A stretch of DNA of 64,000 nt from Candidatus Aenigmatarchaeota archaeon (GTDB lineage Archaea > Aenigmatarchaeota > Aenigmatarchaeia > Aenigmatarchaeales > Aenigmatarchaeaceae). Within the stretch, counting starts at the first letter, position 1. Each line of letters opens with the position of its first letter. The translations under genes were made by a program, and so were the position numbers. The notes under the pieces were generated by a model that was not told where the DNA came from, ran no database searches, and saw only the letters and a program-made list of their open reading frames with translations. Positions 28,311 to 37,466 of this stretch are shown piece after piece. The stretch covers positions 1 through 64,000 of the forward strand of contig JAZDKZ010000004.1 in NCBI GenBank assembly GCA_043802485.1, read 5' to 3'.

Positions 28311-29086
28311 TGGTAAGAATAATAAGCATTGTCTCTGGCAAGGGCGGCGTTGGCAAGACAACGCTCGCAGCCAACCTTGGAGTTGCTTTGCAAAAGTACA
28401 ACAAGAAAGTGGCAGTGATAGACTTCAACATAACGACGTCCCATCTCAGCCTCTACTTTGACATGTACAAGTGCCCGCTGACCCTGAACAACTTCCTTAG
28501 AAACGAGGTGAAGCTTGAGGACGCCATCTACTCTCATGAATCTGGCCTGAGTGTTGTGCCAGCTTCTCTTAAACTGAACGACGTTGTGAACCTTGATGTC
28601 AGCAACCTGAAAGAAAAGCTAAGGCAGGTGTTTAGCAGTTATGATATAGTTATTCTTGATTCAGCACCAGGACTGGGAAAGGAGGCGCTGATAGCACTGC
28701 AGGCAAGCGACGAGATTCTGTTCGTGGCAAACCCCTTCATACCGTCGCTGGTTGACATAGAAAAGTGCAAACATGTCATTAGCACTCTTCAGACAAGACC
28801 CATGCCGATAGGCGTTGTGGTGAACCGAGTCAGGAACAAGAAGTACGAGCTGACTATGGACGAGATACAACAGTTCCTAGAGCTTCCGATAATAGGCTAT
28901 ATCCCAGAGGATGAGGAAGTGCTGGCAAGCTTCAACAGGAAGACGCTCGTGGCATCGTCAAAAAAGGATTCCCCTTCCAAGAAAGCTTTCTTCAAGATAG
29001 CTGCCAAAATCGCTGGGCACAAGTACAACTATGGGTTTTGGGAAAAGCTGAAGATGTCCTTCAAAAAGAAAAAAGAGTTTGGTTGA
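28310..29086 (+). CDS. minD: MinD/ParA-family ATPase (MinD-like, copy 1)
   Basis: Deviant Walker A SGKGGVGKTT; DSAPGLG; C-terminal amphipathic GFWEKLKMSF. Confidence 0.9.
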   Translation: MVRIISIVSGKGGVGKTTLAANLGVALQKYNKKVAVIDFNITTSHLSLYFDMYKCPLTLNNFLRNEVKLEDAIYSHESGLSVVPASLKLNDVVNLDVSNLKEKLRQVFSSYDIVILDSAPGLGKEALIALQASDEILFVANPFIPSLVDIEKCKHVISTLQTRPMPIGVVVNRVRNKKYELTMDEIQQFLELPIIGYIPEDEEVLASFNRKTLVASSKKDSPSKKAFFKIAAKIAGHKYNYGFWEKLKMSFKKKKEFG

Positions 29087-29101
29087 GGTTTTTCTGTGAG
29101 C

Positions 29102-30427
29102 ATGCGTTTCAAAGGAATGCTTTTTTTAATTTTACTAGTCCTACTGATAAACTGCTCTATCGTTTTCGCCCAGGCAGTTGTTCAGTACAACCAGACAGGT
29201 GCTCCCTATTTAGACACGGGCGAGACCCCTTCAGGGGACTATAATGATTTGAATATTCTGGGAGAGGATTTGACTTATGATATCGTCGAAGAGTTTAGGT
29301 TCGGCAACAATTTCGTCGATGTCTGGCACAACTCAACCCAGATAGCTGACGGCAACATAGACTCCATCAACGCCACAATAAATTTTACCACCAATGTCTC
29401 TGACGACTATAGCCTGAACATATATGACTGGTTCAATTCTATTTGGGTTTCCGCAGGATGCGATTCTGGAAGCGTTTTGGCGGACACGCCGATGAAATGG
29501 TGGTGCAACATCACGACAGATGCCATGAATTACAACTCGTCTGACAGAAGGATAAGGTTCAAGATAAACTCCACAGGAGACTCTGATGTCGGCCTGCTGA
29601 AAGAGGACTATGTCCAATACTACGTGGGTTATCTGAGTTATCTGGAAGTCAACATGACCAACCCCGACCCAGTGGCAACAATGAACGTTATACAGAACCG
29701 GACTTTTTTCGCAAACACCTCTGTGATTTGCAGGGACGGACCGTGCGGAGAGGTTTTTGCAACAATATTGTATAACCTCTCATCCGTTTATCCAGACACG
29801 CCCGTCAATACCACGGAAGGTGACAAACCGCTTTACATACAGGAAAGCCCTGCCAATGCGCTAAAGTCGTGCGGAACATTGGACAAGGACGAACCGTGTC
29901 TCATCAACTGGTCAATGAACGCCACAGGAGTTATCGGCAGCGAATGGAAAATCGGTGCTGTGTTCAATTCGTCGTATACGCAAATAGAAGGCAACAGCAC
30001 CGACAACGTGACGATTTCCATAAACGACTGCACGGTGGACATAAGCATACAGTGGGAGTCTGTTGTCTTCGGGCTGTTGGATCCCAGCACATCGGAGAAC
30101 AGCGCCTCAGGCAATGACGGCAACGAATACAACATAACTGTCAATCCAGGGAGCTGCAATCTTGACATCTACATAAACGGGACAGACATAACCAATGCGA
30201 CTCTGGGATATACCATAGACGCCTCAAACGTCAGCTGGAGCAACACGACCAACCTTTTCTCAGAGTCTCACAACATGTCGACATCAGTCAGCCTATTAAA
30301 ATCAGATGTTCCGGAAGGTACCAATGTAACAACATGGTACTGGATGAACGTGCCTCCTGTTTACACAGGTTATTACAAGGGAACAATATCCATATGGGGT
30401 GTGAAAAATGGCCAAAGTTCTCCTTAG
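29102..30427 (+). CDS. Secreted glycoprotein whose C-terminal domain resembles the candidate fibre subunit (possible tip/minor subunit)
   Basis: Signal peptide; C-terminal domain TVDISIQWESVVFG...WMNVPPVYTGYYKGTISIWG; no C-terminal TM. Confidence 0.72.
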   Translation: MRFKGMLFLILLVLLINCSIVFAQAVVQYNQTGAPYLDTGETPSGDYNDLNILGEDLTYDIVEEFRFGNNFVDVWHNSTQIADGNIDSINATINFTTNVSDDYSLNIYDWFNSIWVSAGCDSGSVLADTPMKWWCNITTDAMNYNSSDRRIRFKINSTGDSDVGLLKEDYVQYYVGYLSYLEVNMTNPDPVATMNVIQNRTFFANTSVICRDGPCGEVFATILYNLSSVYPDTPVNTTEGDKPLYIQESPANALKSCGTLDKDEPCLINWSMNATGVIGSEWKIGAVFNSSYTQIEGNSTDNVTISINDCTVDISIQWESVVFGLLDPSTSENSASGNDGNEYNITVNPGSCNLDIYINGTDITNATLGYTIDASNVSWSNTTNLFSESHNMSTSVSLLKSDVPEGTNVTTWYWMNVPPVYTGYYKGTISIWGVKNGQSSP

Positions 30428-31031
30428 ACTTTCATCGGTTCTTCTGTCCTTGATCCTGCTATCGACCAGCGCATACTCGATAAACATAGGCAGTGTCATC
30501 AAAAACGACTTTGCAGAAACATCAATTAACGAGTCAGCCAGCTTCAAAATATTATTCTGGAACTCTGGAAACGAATCTTACGCATTGAAGCTTGCTGTAT
30601 CCGGCCAGCCTGAAGGGTGGGCAGTGATAATAGACCCTGAAGAATTCGTTTTGAACAAGTCTGTGGGCGAGGAATACATCAGCCTTCCTTACATGAACGA
30701 AAACATCAGGGCAAAGGTTGTAAACGTCTTTGTAAAGCCTGATTCGGAAAGCCTGAGCGGAAACTATTCTGTCACCATAGTCTCTGGCGCCGTATATGAC
30801 ACTCCATATTTGCTGACGGTCGTCCCTAAAACGTCTTTTGTTTTGAGAATAGGTTTGAAAGGCGGCAGAACGGAGAACAAGGAAGCCGAAGTACAAAACG
30901 CAAAAGAGAATATTGATAATGAAATCGCGGAGGTGATGATTGACGGTGAAGAAAGCAGCGACAGCGTTCTTCTTCTTGTTTTAGTTTTTCTTATCCTGGG
31001 CGCGGCGATAGCTGTATACAAAAAATCTTAA
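30408..31031 (+). CDS. Single Ig-like (NEW3-like) domain membrane-anchored protein
   Basis: Signal peptide; PEGWAVIIDP...SGNYSVTI; C-terminal TM. Confidence 0.75.
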   Translation: MAKVLLRLSSVLLSLILLSTSAYSINIGSVIKNDFAETSINESASFKILFWNSGNESYALKLAVSGQPEGWAVIIDPEEFVLNKSVGEEYISLPYMNENIRAKVVNVFVKPDSESLSGNYSVTIVSGAVYDTPYLLTVVPKTSFVLRIGLKGGRTENKEAEVQNAKENIDNEIAEVMIDGEESSDSVLLLVLVFLILGAAIAVYKKS

Positions 31032-31062
31032 GGGTTTTATATCTAAAATCCGAATTAGTTAT

Positions 31063-32286
31063 ATGAGAGAGTTTTGGCCGCATATTCTTCTTCTATTGCT
31101 AGTTCTAGTCGCATTGGCCTACTTGGTGCCTTATGGCATAACGGGCATGACAATGCACCAGATATCTTTGTCGATTAAGAGCAACATGAGCGGCCAGATA
31201 TCTGCCTTTAACTATGAGCCGATAGCCAACATTTCAGAAATACAAGACATATATGTAGAGTTCCTCAATTCAGGCACAGAGAAGTACACGCTAACGCTTG
31301 AGGTGTTCATCTACTACTATTCTGACAGATTGAAAGAGATGGCGCATTATCAGGATTCCAGCGTTGTCCTTTATCCTGGAATGAGAAGGCCGTTCGAGAC
31401 AAAGTTCCTTCCAAACGAGATGGGATACTATTACATAAAGGTAAGAGTAACCATGGGGACCAAGAGGATGGAAGCTTGGGGAAGCTTCTATGTAACTTAC
31501 CCGGACTACAGTCCTTTCATACCGGCCCAGTACCAGCCATACGGAACGTATGCTGAGGTAACGCCCTCCCTGAACATAAGCTATCCTGAATCAGTGGTGG
31601 TCTATCCTGGCAGGAGCGTTCTGACAAACATCAGGGTGCAGAACATAGGAAATGCCACCATACACGAAGTAAAGATGCATCTATCCGCTTCAAACCTTCT
31701 GGAAATAGACATGAACCCGAAGGAGTCGTATTATCTTGACCCGGGCAAGACGTTGACATTCCTGCTGGACATATACGCGCCGAGTGACATGCCCATAGGC
31801 GAATATCCGATAGACTTTGAGCTTGTCACAAGGGAGTTGAAGGACAGTGGAACAATAGTTGTGAACGTGACAGCATACAACGTATCACTCAAGGAGGAAG
31901 TTGGTAAAACAATTCTCAATTATGACTTGCTAATAGCCCAGTTGGAAAGGGAGATCCTGGACGCCCGGGCAAAGGACATAAACACAACCTTGGCTGAAAA
32001 CGATTTGGAACTTGCCAAAACTAGGATGCAGGAAGCCAAGGACTATTATGTACAGGAGGATTATGAATCGGCAAAAGACTCGTTGGACGATGTCAAGGAC
32101 ATTCTGAAGGACGCTGTTCTAAAGCTTGCCCAAGCGTCTTTCGTGGTTTTCGTTGCCCCAGCGTTCAGTCCGCTCTGGCTACTTTTGATAATAATCATGA
32201 TAGCGCTGGTGCTATTGTTCATACAGAGAAGAGAGAGGAAAGAGAAGAAACCGAAACTGCTTAGAACTTCAGATTCTGAAGCATAG
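31063..32286 (+). CDS. Membrane-anchored Ig-like plus helical-bundle surface protein (407 aa)
   Basis: N-terminal TM with GITGM; CARDB-like VQNIGNA; helical bundle; C-terminal TM with basic tail. Confidence 0.8.
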   Translation: MREFWPHILLLLLVLVALAYLVPYGITGMTMHQISLSIKSNMSGQISAFNYEPIANISEIQDIYVEFLNSGTEKYTLTLEVFIYYYSDRLKEMAHYQDSSVVLYPGMRRPFETKFLPNEMGYYYIKVRVTMGTKRMEAWGSFYVTYPDYSPFIPAQYQPYGTYAEVTPSLNISYPESVVVYPGRSVLTNIRVQNIGNATIHEVKMHLSASNLLEIDMNPKESYYLDPGKTLTFLLDIYAPSDMPIGEYPIDFELVTRELKDSGTIVVNVTAYNVSLKEEVGKTILNYDLLIAQLEREILDARAKDINTTLAENDLELAKTRMQEAKDYYVQEDYESAKDSLDDVKDILKDAVLKLAQASFVVFVAPAFSPLWLLLIIIMIALVLLFIQRRERKEKKPKLLRTSDSEA

Positions 32287-32319
32287 ACTTTAAAGTAAAG
32301 AAAAAAATATCTATAAAGC

Positions 32320-32589
32320 ATGGGTCTTTTCGGTCCTTTAGTCTACAAGAGCAAGAAAAGGAAGAAGAATTTCTGGCTTCATATGACAGTCAAGGGAAAG
32401 TCAAAGCTGTACTTTTTTTCAGAAGACCCGAAGGATGCCTTAGGCAGCGTTCCAAAAGGTTATGAGGTTTACGAGGAACCCAAAACAGGGCTCCCTTTCC
32501 TAAGAAAGGGCGGTGGTGGCTTTTTGGGCAAACTTTTTGGCAACAGAAAGGTTAAAAAAGATAAGAAACCACAAAAATTAAAAGAGTAG
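32320..32589 (+). CDS. Small basic hypothetical protein with C-terminal amphipathic GFLGKLFG
   Basis: LYFFS...PKGYEVYEEPKTGLPFLRK; TTAAAG about 30 nt upstream of the ATG. Confidence 0.75.
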   Translation: MGLFGPLVYKSKKRKKNFWLHMTVKGKSKLYFFSEDPKDALGSVPKGYEVYEEPKTGLPFLRKGGGGFLGKLFGNRKVKKDKKPQKLKE

Positions 32590-32599
32590 TGGTGGTGTA

Positions 32600-33367
32600 A
32601 TGGCTAGGATAATAAGCATTGTTTCAGGCAAGGGCGGCGTTGGCAAGACCACGCTAGGCCTTAACATAGGCGCGTCTCTTGCAAAGCACTTTAAGAAGAA
32701 CGTCACTCTTGTCGATTGTAATGTTACAACATCACACGTCGGCCTTTATCTGGGCATGTATTACTGCCCCATAACCTTGAACAAGGTCCTGAGAGGCGAG
32801 CACAAGATCGAGGACGCTGTGAACGAGCACTACAGCGGCATGAAGGTGGTTCCCGCTTCTTTGTCCCTGACTGACTTGGAGGGCGTGGACATAACCGAGC
32901 TCAGGAACAAGCTCAAGGGTTTGATGGACGACAACGACATTATTCTTCTTGACAGCAGCCCTGGCTTAGGCAGGGAGGGCGTGGCGTCGATGAGGGCTGC
33001 TGACGAGGTTCTGTATGTGACAAATCCGTACATACCTTTTGTTATGGACATTGTCAGGTGCCAGGAGATTGCCAACGAGATAGGTGTCAAGCCCCTTGGT
33101 GTTGTAGTAAACATGTCCAACAACAAGAACTATGAGATGTCGACAGACGAGATAGAGGAGATGACAAAGCTGCCTGTCATCGCGACAATACCACATGACA
33201 GGAATGTCCACAAGAGCCTTACATTGAAAATGCCGGTTGTGTTGTTCAAGCCCTACAGCGCTGCCAGCAAGGAGATGATAAAACTCTCATCAAAACTGGT
33301 TGGAGAGGTCTACAAGACAGAAGGCAAGCTTCTAAGGCTTTTGCGAAGACTAAGGCTCAAAAAATAA
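32600..33367 (+). CDS. minD: MinD/ParA-family ATPase (MinD-like, copy 2)
   Basis: SGKGGVGKTT; DSSPGLG; C-terminal amphipathic KLLRLLRRLRL; GGTGGTG RBS. Confidence 0.9.
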   Translation: MARIISIVSGKGGVGKTTLGLNIGASLAKHFKKNVTLVDCNVTTSHVGLYLGMYYCPITLNKVLRGEHKIEDAVNEHYSGMKVVPASLSLTDLEGVDITELRNKLKGLMDDNDIILLDSSPGLGREGVASMRAADEVLYVTNPYIPFVMDIVRCQEIANEIGVKPLGVVVNMSNNKNYEMSTDEIEEMTKLPVIATIPHDRNVHKSLTLKMPVVLFKPYSAASKEMIKLSSKLVGEVYKTEGKLLRLLRRLRLKK

Positions 33368-33398
33368 GCTTAAATCTCTTTGGAAAGCACTATTTCTC

Positions 33399-33848
33399 AT
33401 GTCTTACAAAACGGCGTTTTGGATACTGATATTCTTGACAGTCATATCCGCAGCGCTACAGCTTTTCGGCTACGACTTTCTGCAAGTCCTGATAGTCCTT
33501 CTTATCGCAGATTCCATAGGCTTCGGGGCCATAGTTGAGCTTGAAAAGAAGAGGTCCTTCAAGGAAGAGGAGGTCGGAAAGGCTATAAAGCAGAAGATAG
33601 AAAGCCTTGAGGAAGTGTGCAAGGACGTGGTCAAACGGGTGAATGTCGGCTTTGTGATGGAAGAAATTGAGACAAGGCTGAACAAGCAAAAGGAAGACCA
33701 GAAAAGCGCTTTGGACAAGATAGCTGAGAAGACGCTCAGTCTTGAGAGGAAGCTAAACAATTTCGGCGCGAGCCTGGCAGAGCACCTCCAGGTAAACAAG
33801 GAAGAGGACGTCTCAGACTATATCTTCATGGAAGACGATGAAAAGTAA
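33399..33848 (+). CDS. Two-TM protein with cytoplasmic coiled coil
   Basis: Two N-terminal hydrophobic helices, then an E/K-rich heptad region. Confidence 0.75.
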   Translation: MSYKTAFWILIFLTVISAALQLFGYDFLQVLIVLLIADSIGFGAIVELEKKRSFKEEEVGKAIKQKIESLEEVCKDVVKRVNVGFVMEEIETRLNKQKEDQKSALDKIAEKTLSLERKLNNFGASLAEHLQVNKEEDVSDYIFMEDDEK

Positions 33849-33882
33849 AGATTTAAATATATTTCAAAAGTAATTAATCATC

Positions 33883-33896
33883 ACTGCTTCGGCAGT
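33883..33896 (+). promoter_or_regulatory. C(UUCG)G tetraloop hairpin in the 5' leader of the uL1 operon
   Basis: actgc-ttcg-gcagt, a perfect 5-bp stem 23 nt before the rpl1 ATG. Confidence 0.55.
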
Positions 33897-33919
33897 AGCA
33901 TAGTGCGTGAGCTGATTGT

Positions 33920-34558
33920 ATGGTTGAAGGAAAGATATTAGCAGCAGTTAAAGAAGCTAGGAAAAGCGACAAGAGAAATTTCAAGCAAGGCTTTGACCTA
34001 GCCATCAATCTGAAAAACATAGACCTGAAAAAGCCGGAGAACAGAATAAAGACCGAGCTGAGCCTGCCCAATGACACTGGAAAGAAGATGAAAATCGGTG
34101 TCATAGTTGACAGCCTAGCGTCTCAGGCAATCGGTTTAGAAGATGTCATTGTTATAAAGAGGGACCAGTTGGAAAGTTTCGGAAAGGACAAGAAATCCGC
34201 CAAGAAGATCGCAAGGCAGTGCTCCTATTTCGTGGCAGAAGCACCGCTCATGCCTCTGGTGGGTAAGAACCTGGGCCCCATTCTCGCCCCAAGGAACCTG
34301 ATGCCTGTGCCATTGCCTCCGACAGCAGACCTGAAGGCCAATGTCAACAGCAGGAAGAACATACTAAAGATACAGCTGAAGAGCTCGCCCTCGATAAACC
34401 TGGGGGTCGGCAAGGAGGAGATGGAGGACGAGAAGGTGGCAGAGAACATCGAAGCTGTGATAAACGCAGTCATAAGCAAGCTGCCGAAAAACAAGGAGCA
34501 GGTAAAGAACTATGTTGTCAAACTAACAATGGGCAAGCCTGTAAAATTCAAGTTGTGA
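33920..34558 (+). CDS. rpl1: 50S ribosomal protein uL1
   Basis: KRNFKQGFDLAINLKNIDLKKPENRI; LGPILAPRNLMP; VKLTMGKP. Confidence 0.96.
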   Translation: MVEGKILAAVKEARKSDKRNFKQGFDLAINLKNIDLKKPENRIKTELSLPNDTGKKMKIGVIVDSLASQAIGLEDVIVIKRDQLESFGKDKKSAKKIARQCSYFVAEAPLMPLVGKNLGPILAPRNLMPVPLPPTADLKANVNSRKNILKIQLKSSPSINLGVGKEEMEDEKVAENIEAVINAVISKLPKNKEQVKNYVVKLTMGKPVKFKL

Positions 34559-34562
34559 TTTC

Positions 34563-35390
34563 ATGGAGAAAAAAGGAAGAAGCGGCGTAAACCCGAAGAA
34601 GATGAAGGTAGTCGAAGATCTGTCTGTCATGCTTAACGAGTATCCTGTAGTGGGCTTGGTAAATCTGCACAAGATGCCTGCGTCTGCCTTGCAGAAGATC
34701 AAGATGGACATGAAGGGCAAGATGAAGATAAGAATTGCCAAGAAGAAGATGATACTGTTCGCGCTGGAAAAGACCAAGAAGGACAACCTCAAGGAATTTG
34801 TAGTGGGTTATCCGGCACTGATATTCACAAAGGAGGACCCGTTCAAGCTTTTCTCGCTGATATCAAAGCATATCGTCAAAAGGCCTGCAAAGCCTGGCGA
34901 CATACCAGAAGCGGACATAGAGGTAAATGAAGGCCCGACAGATATACCGCCTGGGCCTGCGATATCAACCCTGTCAAAAGTCAAGATACCTGCAAAGGTT
35001 CAGGGTCCAACCATATCTATAATGAGGGACTGTGTGGTCTGCAAGGCAGGAACTCCTGTTTCAATAGACCTTTCGTCAGCGCTGCAGATGCTGAAGGTAA
35101 CACCGATGAAGGTTAGCCTTAATATGCTGGCATTCTCGGAAAAGGGAACAGTCTACAGCAAGGACCAGATGTTTGTCGACGAGGTCAAGCTGGTCAATGA
35201 TATTCATTTGGCAATACGGAACGCCTTCAACCTTTCAATGAACTCAGGCTATCCGACAAAGGAGACCATAGGCTTCATGCTTGCCAAGGCGCAGCTGGAG
35301 GCAAAGGCTTTGGAAGCTGAATTGGGAAAGGGCGCTCCCAAGGAAGAGCCAAAAGATGAAGAAGTGAAAGAAGCGGAGAAAGCGGAATAA
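34563..35390 (+). CDS. rpl10: 50S ribosomal protein uL10 (P0)
   Basis: PAKPGDI...GPTDIPPGPAISTL; position between L1 and L12. Confidence 0.95.
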   Translation: MEKKGRSGVNPKKMKVVEDLSVMLNEYPVVGLVNLHKMPASALQKIKMDMKGKMKIRIAKKKMILFALEKTKKDNLKEFVVGYPALIFTKEDPFKLFSLISKHIVKRPAKPGDIPEADIEVNEGPTDIPPGPAISTLSKVKIPAKVQGPTISIMRDCVVCKAGTPVSIDLSSALQMLKVTPMKVSLNMLAFSEKGTVYSKDQMFVDEVKLVNDIHLAIRNAFNLSMNSGYPTKETIGFMLAKAQLEAKALEAELGKGAPKEEPKDEEVKEAEKAE

Positions 35391-35418
35391 TAATTACAAA
35401 AAAAATGAGGTGTAAAAA

Positions 35419-35712
35419 ATGGAGATGATATACAGCGCGTTGTTATTGCACAGTGCAAAGCAAAATGTGGACGAAGCCAACATAACAAAGGTCTTGCAGG
35501 CTGCAGGCATATCGCCTGACGCAGCAAAGGTCAAGGCAGTCGTCGCATCGTTGGACGGAGTCAACATAGAAGAGGCGATAAGCAAGGCAGCAATGCCAGT
35601 CGCCGCAGCACCGGCAGAAGCAGGCGCAGCTAAGAAAGAAGCAAAAGACGAAGATGACACAGAAAAGAAAGCTGAGCAAGCAGTTGAAGGCTTGGCAGGT
35701 CTATTTGGTTAG
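35419..35712 (+). CDS. rpl12: 50S ribosomal stalk protein P1 (archaeal L12)
   Basis: [13 protein letters not shown]...; Ala-rich hinge; C-terminal GLAGLFG. Confidence 0.96.
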   Translation: MEMIYSALLLHSAKQNVDEANITKVLQAAGISPDAAKVKAVVASLDGVNIEEAISKAAMPVAAAPAEAGAAKKEAKDEDDTEKKAEQAVEGLAGLFG

Positions 35713-35858
35713 TTTTTTTAATTTAGCCAAGCTTTTGATCAGCTTTCTCTAACGGTTTTTCTAATTCTATTTATAATTTAATTTATAAACTGTAATGCTA
35801 GAACACTACGAAAAAACAGCAAAATCAAGCTTAAATCTTTTTGTATTGTTATAGTAGT

Positions 35859-37376
35859 ATGAAGTTAGCAAAATTGGTACCAATATTTGTGTTATTGATT
35901 TTTTCAGTGACAGCAGTTATGGCAACACATTCGACACAGATTTCTCTTCAGCCAAGCGAGTGGTCCATGGGCGCTGAGCAGGACGTTTTATTGAGCGTCG
36001 TGAACAGTGGCGGGGACAACATAGTCATGGTTGAGCTAAAGGTTCCGGAAAGCGACCTAGTACCTTTGTACAAGCTATTAGAGTTTACCACGCCGCAAGG
36101 CTGGACATACGCATATACAACAAAAGATGGTCAAACACCATACAAGGTAACTTGGACAACAGAAGGAAGCGGAATAGCAGTAGGAGAAACTGTGAAATTC
36201 GGAGTAAGGGCACAATCACCCAACGAGAAGGGCGAATTTGTCTGGTCTTGGATGACAAAGGATGTAGCAGGCTCTGCAAAGTCAGGAACCCTGACAACAA
36301 AGACAGGCTCAGCACCTTTGGCTTACCTGAAGATAACAGCACCTTCCAAAACAAAGGCAGGCAACTCGTTTGGAGTAACAGTTACAGCATACGACAGTTC
36401 CGATAGAATAAAGACCGATTATGCAGGAACATTAACTTTCAGTTCATCTGACCCCCTGGCAACACTAGCAGGTTCGTACACCTTCAAGACATCTGACAAC
36501 GGCGTCAAGTCCTTATCGACAAAGTTGAGGACGGCTGGGGAGCAGACGATAACTGTGAGTGATGTTAGTAGCAAGATGTTTGCAACAAAAACTCTGGAAG
36601 TTGAAGCAGGAAGTCTTGTATCATTGAAAATAGTCGCAGACGATTTGGATACAAACGTCGGCCAGACTGTTGTGTTCAATGCATTAGCAAGCGACCTTTT
36701 CGGTAACCAAGTCGATGTTACGGACGGAACCACCTGGAATGTTGACGACGAGGCAGACGGCAGCTGGAAGGACAACACATACAAGACAGCAATCAGCGGC
36801 CTGTGGGTCGTTACCGGAAAATACAGCACACTAGTTGACGGTGTGGTGTTGAAAGTCGGTGGACAGGTTGTGGAAGTAGAGGTGCCTGTTGAAATCCCAG
36901 TTGAGGACACAACGACACCAGAAGAAGAGGTTGTGGTACCGGAAATACCAACAGCAGAGATGACAATAAGCGGAGACGATGCTATAACAATTCCTGCAGG
37001 CTCGAACGATACAATGGTCCTTACTGTCAGCAACAAAGGCGACGTAGACCTAACAGGAGTCATGTTGAGCTTTACAGGCATACCGGCTGACTGGGTATTA
37101 ACATTCCCACTATCCAGCGACATAGCAGCAGGGAGCTCAAAGGACTATCTGGTGATAATCTATGTGCCGGACAACGCAACAGACGCCAGGGACATAACGT
37201 TCTCGGCAGTGGCTGACGAGGGAGCAAGCGCAGAAAAGCAGGTCTCACTAAGCCTTGTATCGCCTGCAACAGGTTTGTTGGAAGCGATTCCAAAGAACAT
37301 CTTGCAGCTGGGCGTGGTGATAATTGCAGTAGCAGCGGTCATCATAATCGGTTGGGAACTCTGGTTCAAGAAATAG
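35859..37376 (+). CDS. Membrane-anchored Ig-like surface (S-layer-like) protein
   Basis: ATG 35859 lies 28 nt after TTAAAT; signal peptide; Ig-like domains; C-terminal TM LGVVIIAVAAVIIIGW. Confidence 0.8.
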   Translation: MKLAKLVPIFVLLIFSVTAVMATHSTQISLQPSEWSMGAEQDVLLSVVNSGGDNIVMVELKVPESDLVPLYKLLEFTTPQGWTYAYTTKDGQTPYKVTWTTEGSGIAVGETVKFGVRAQSPNEKGEFVWSWMTKDVAGSAKSGTLTTKTGSAPLAYLKITAPSKTKAGNSFGVTVTAYDSSDRIKTDYAGTLTFSSSDPLATLAGSYTFKTSDNGVKSLSTKLRTAGEQTITVSDVSSKMFATKTLEVEAGSLVSLKIVADDLDTNVGQTVVFNALASDLFGNQVDVTDGTTWNVDDEADGSWKDNTYKTAISGLWVVTGKYSTLVDGVVLKVGGQVVEVEVPVEIPVEDTTTPEEEVVVPEIPTAEMTISGDDAITIPAGSNDTMVLTVSNKGDVDLTGVMLSFTGIPADWVLTFPLSSDIAAGSSKDYLVIIYVPDNATDARDITFSAVADEGASAEKQVSLSLVSPATGLLEAIPKNILQLGVVIIAVAAVIIIGWELWFKK

Positions 37377-37466
37377 TACTATCGACTTTTTTCACATTTT
37401 CTTTTTATTTTATCTTGTCAGATGTTATTTTATAAAATGTTTTGAGAATATTCTATAAGTGATAAT

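Noticed and set aside
22447..32286. Type IV pilus or archaellum operon
   Set aside because: No class III signal peptides, FlaI/PilB ATPase or FlaJ/TadC platform protein recognised.
28310..32650. Near-identical DNA at the starts of the two minD genes as a mobile repeat
   Set aside because: Explained by the conserved Walker A coding sequence in paralogues.
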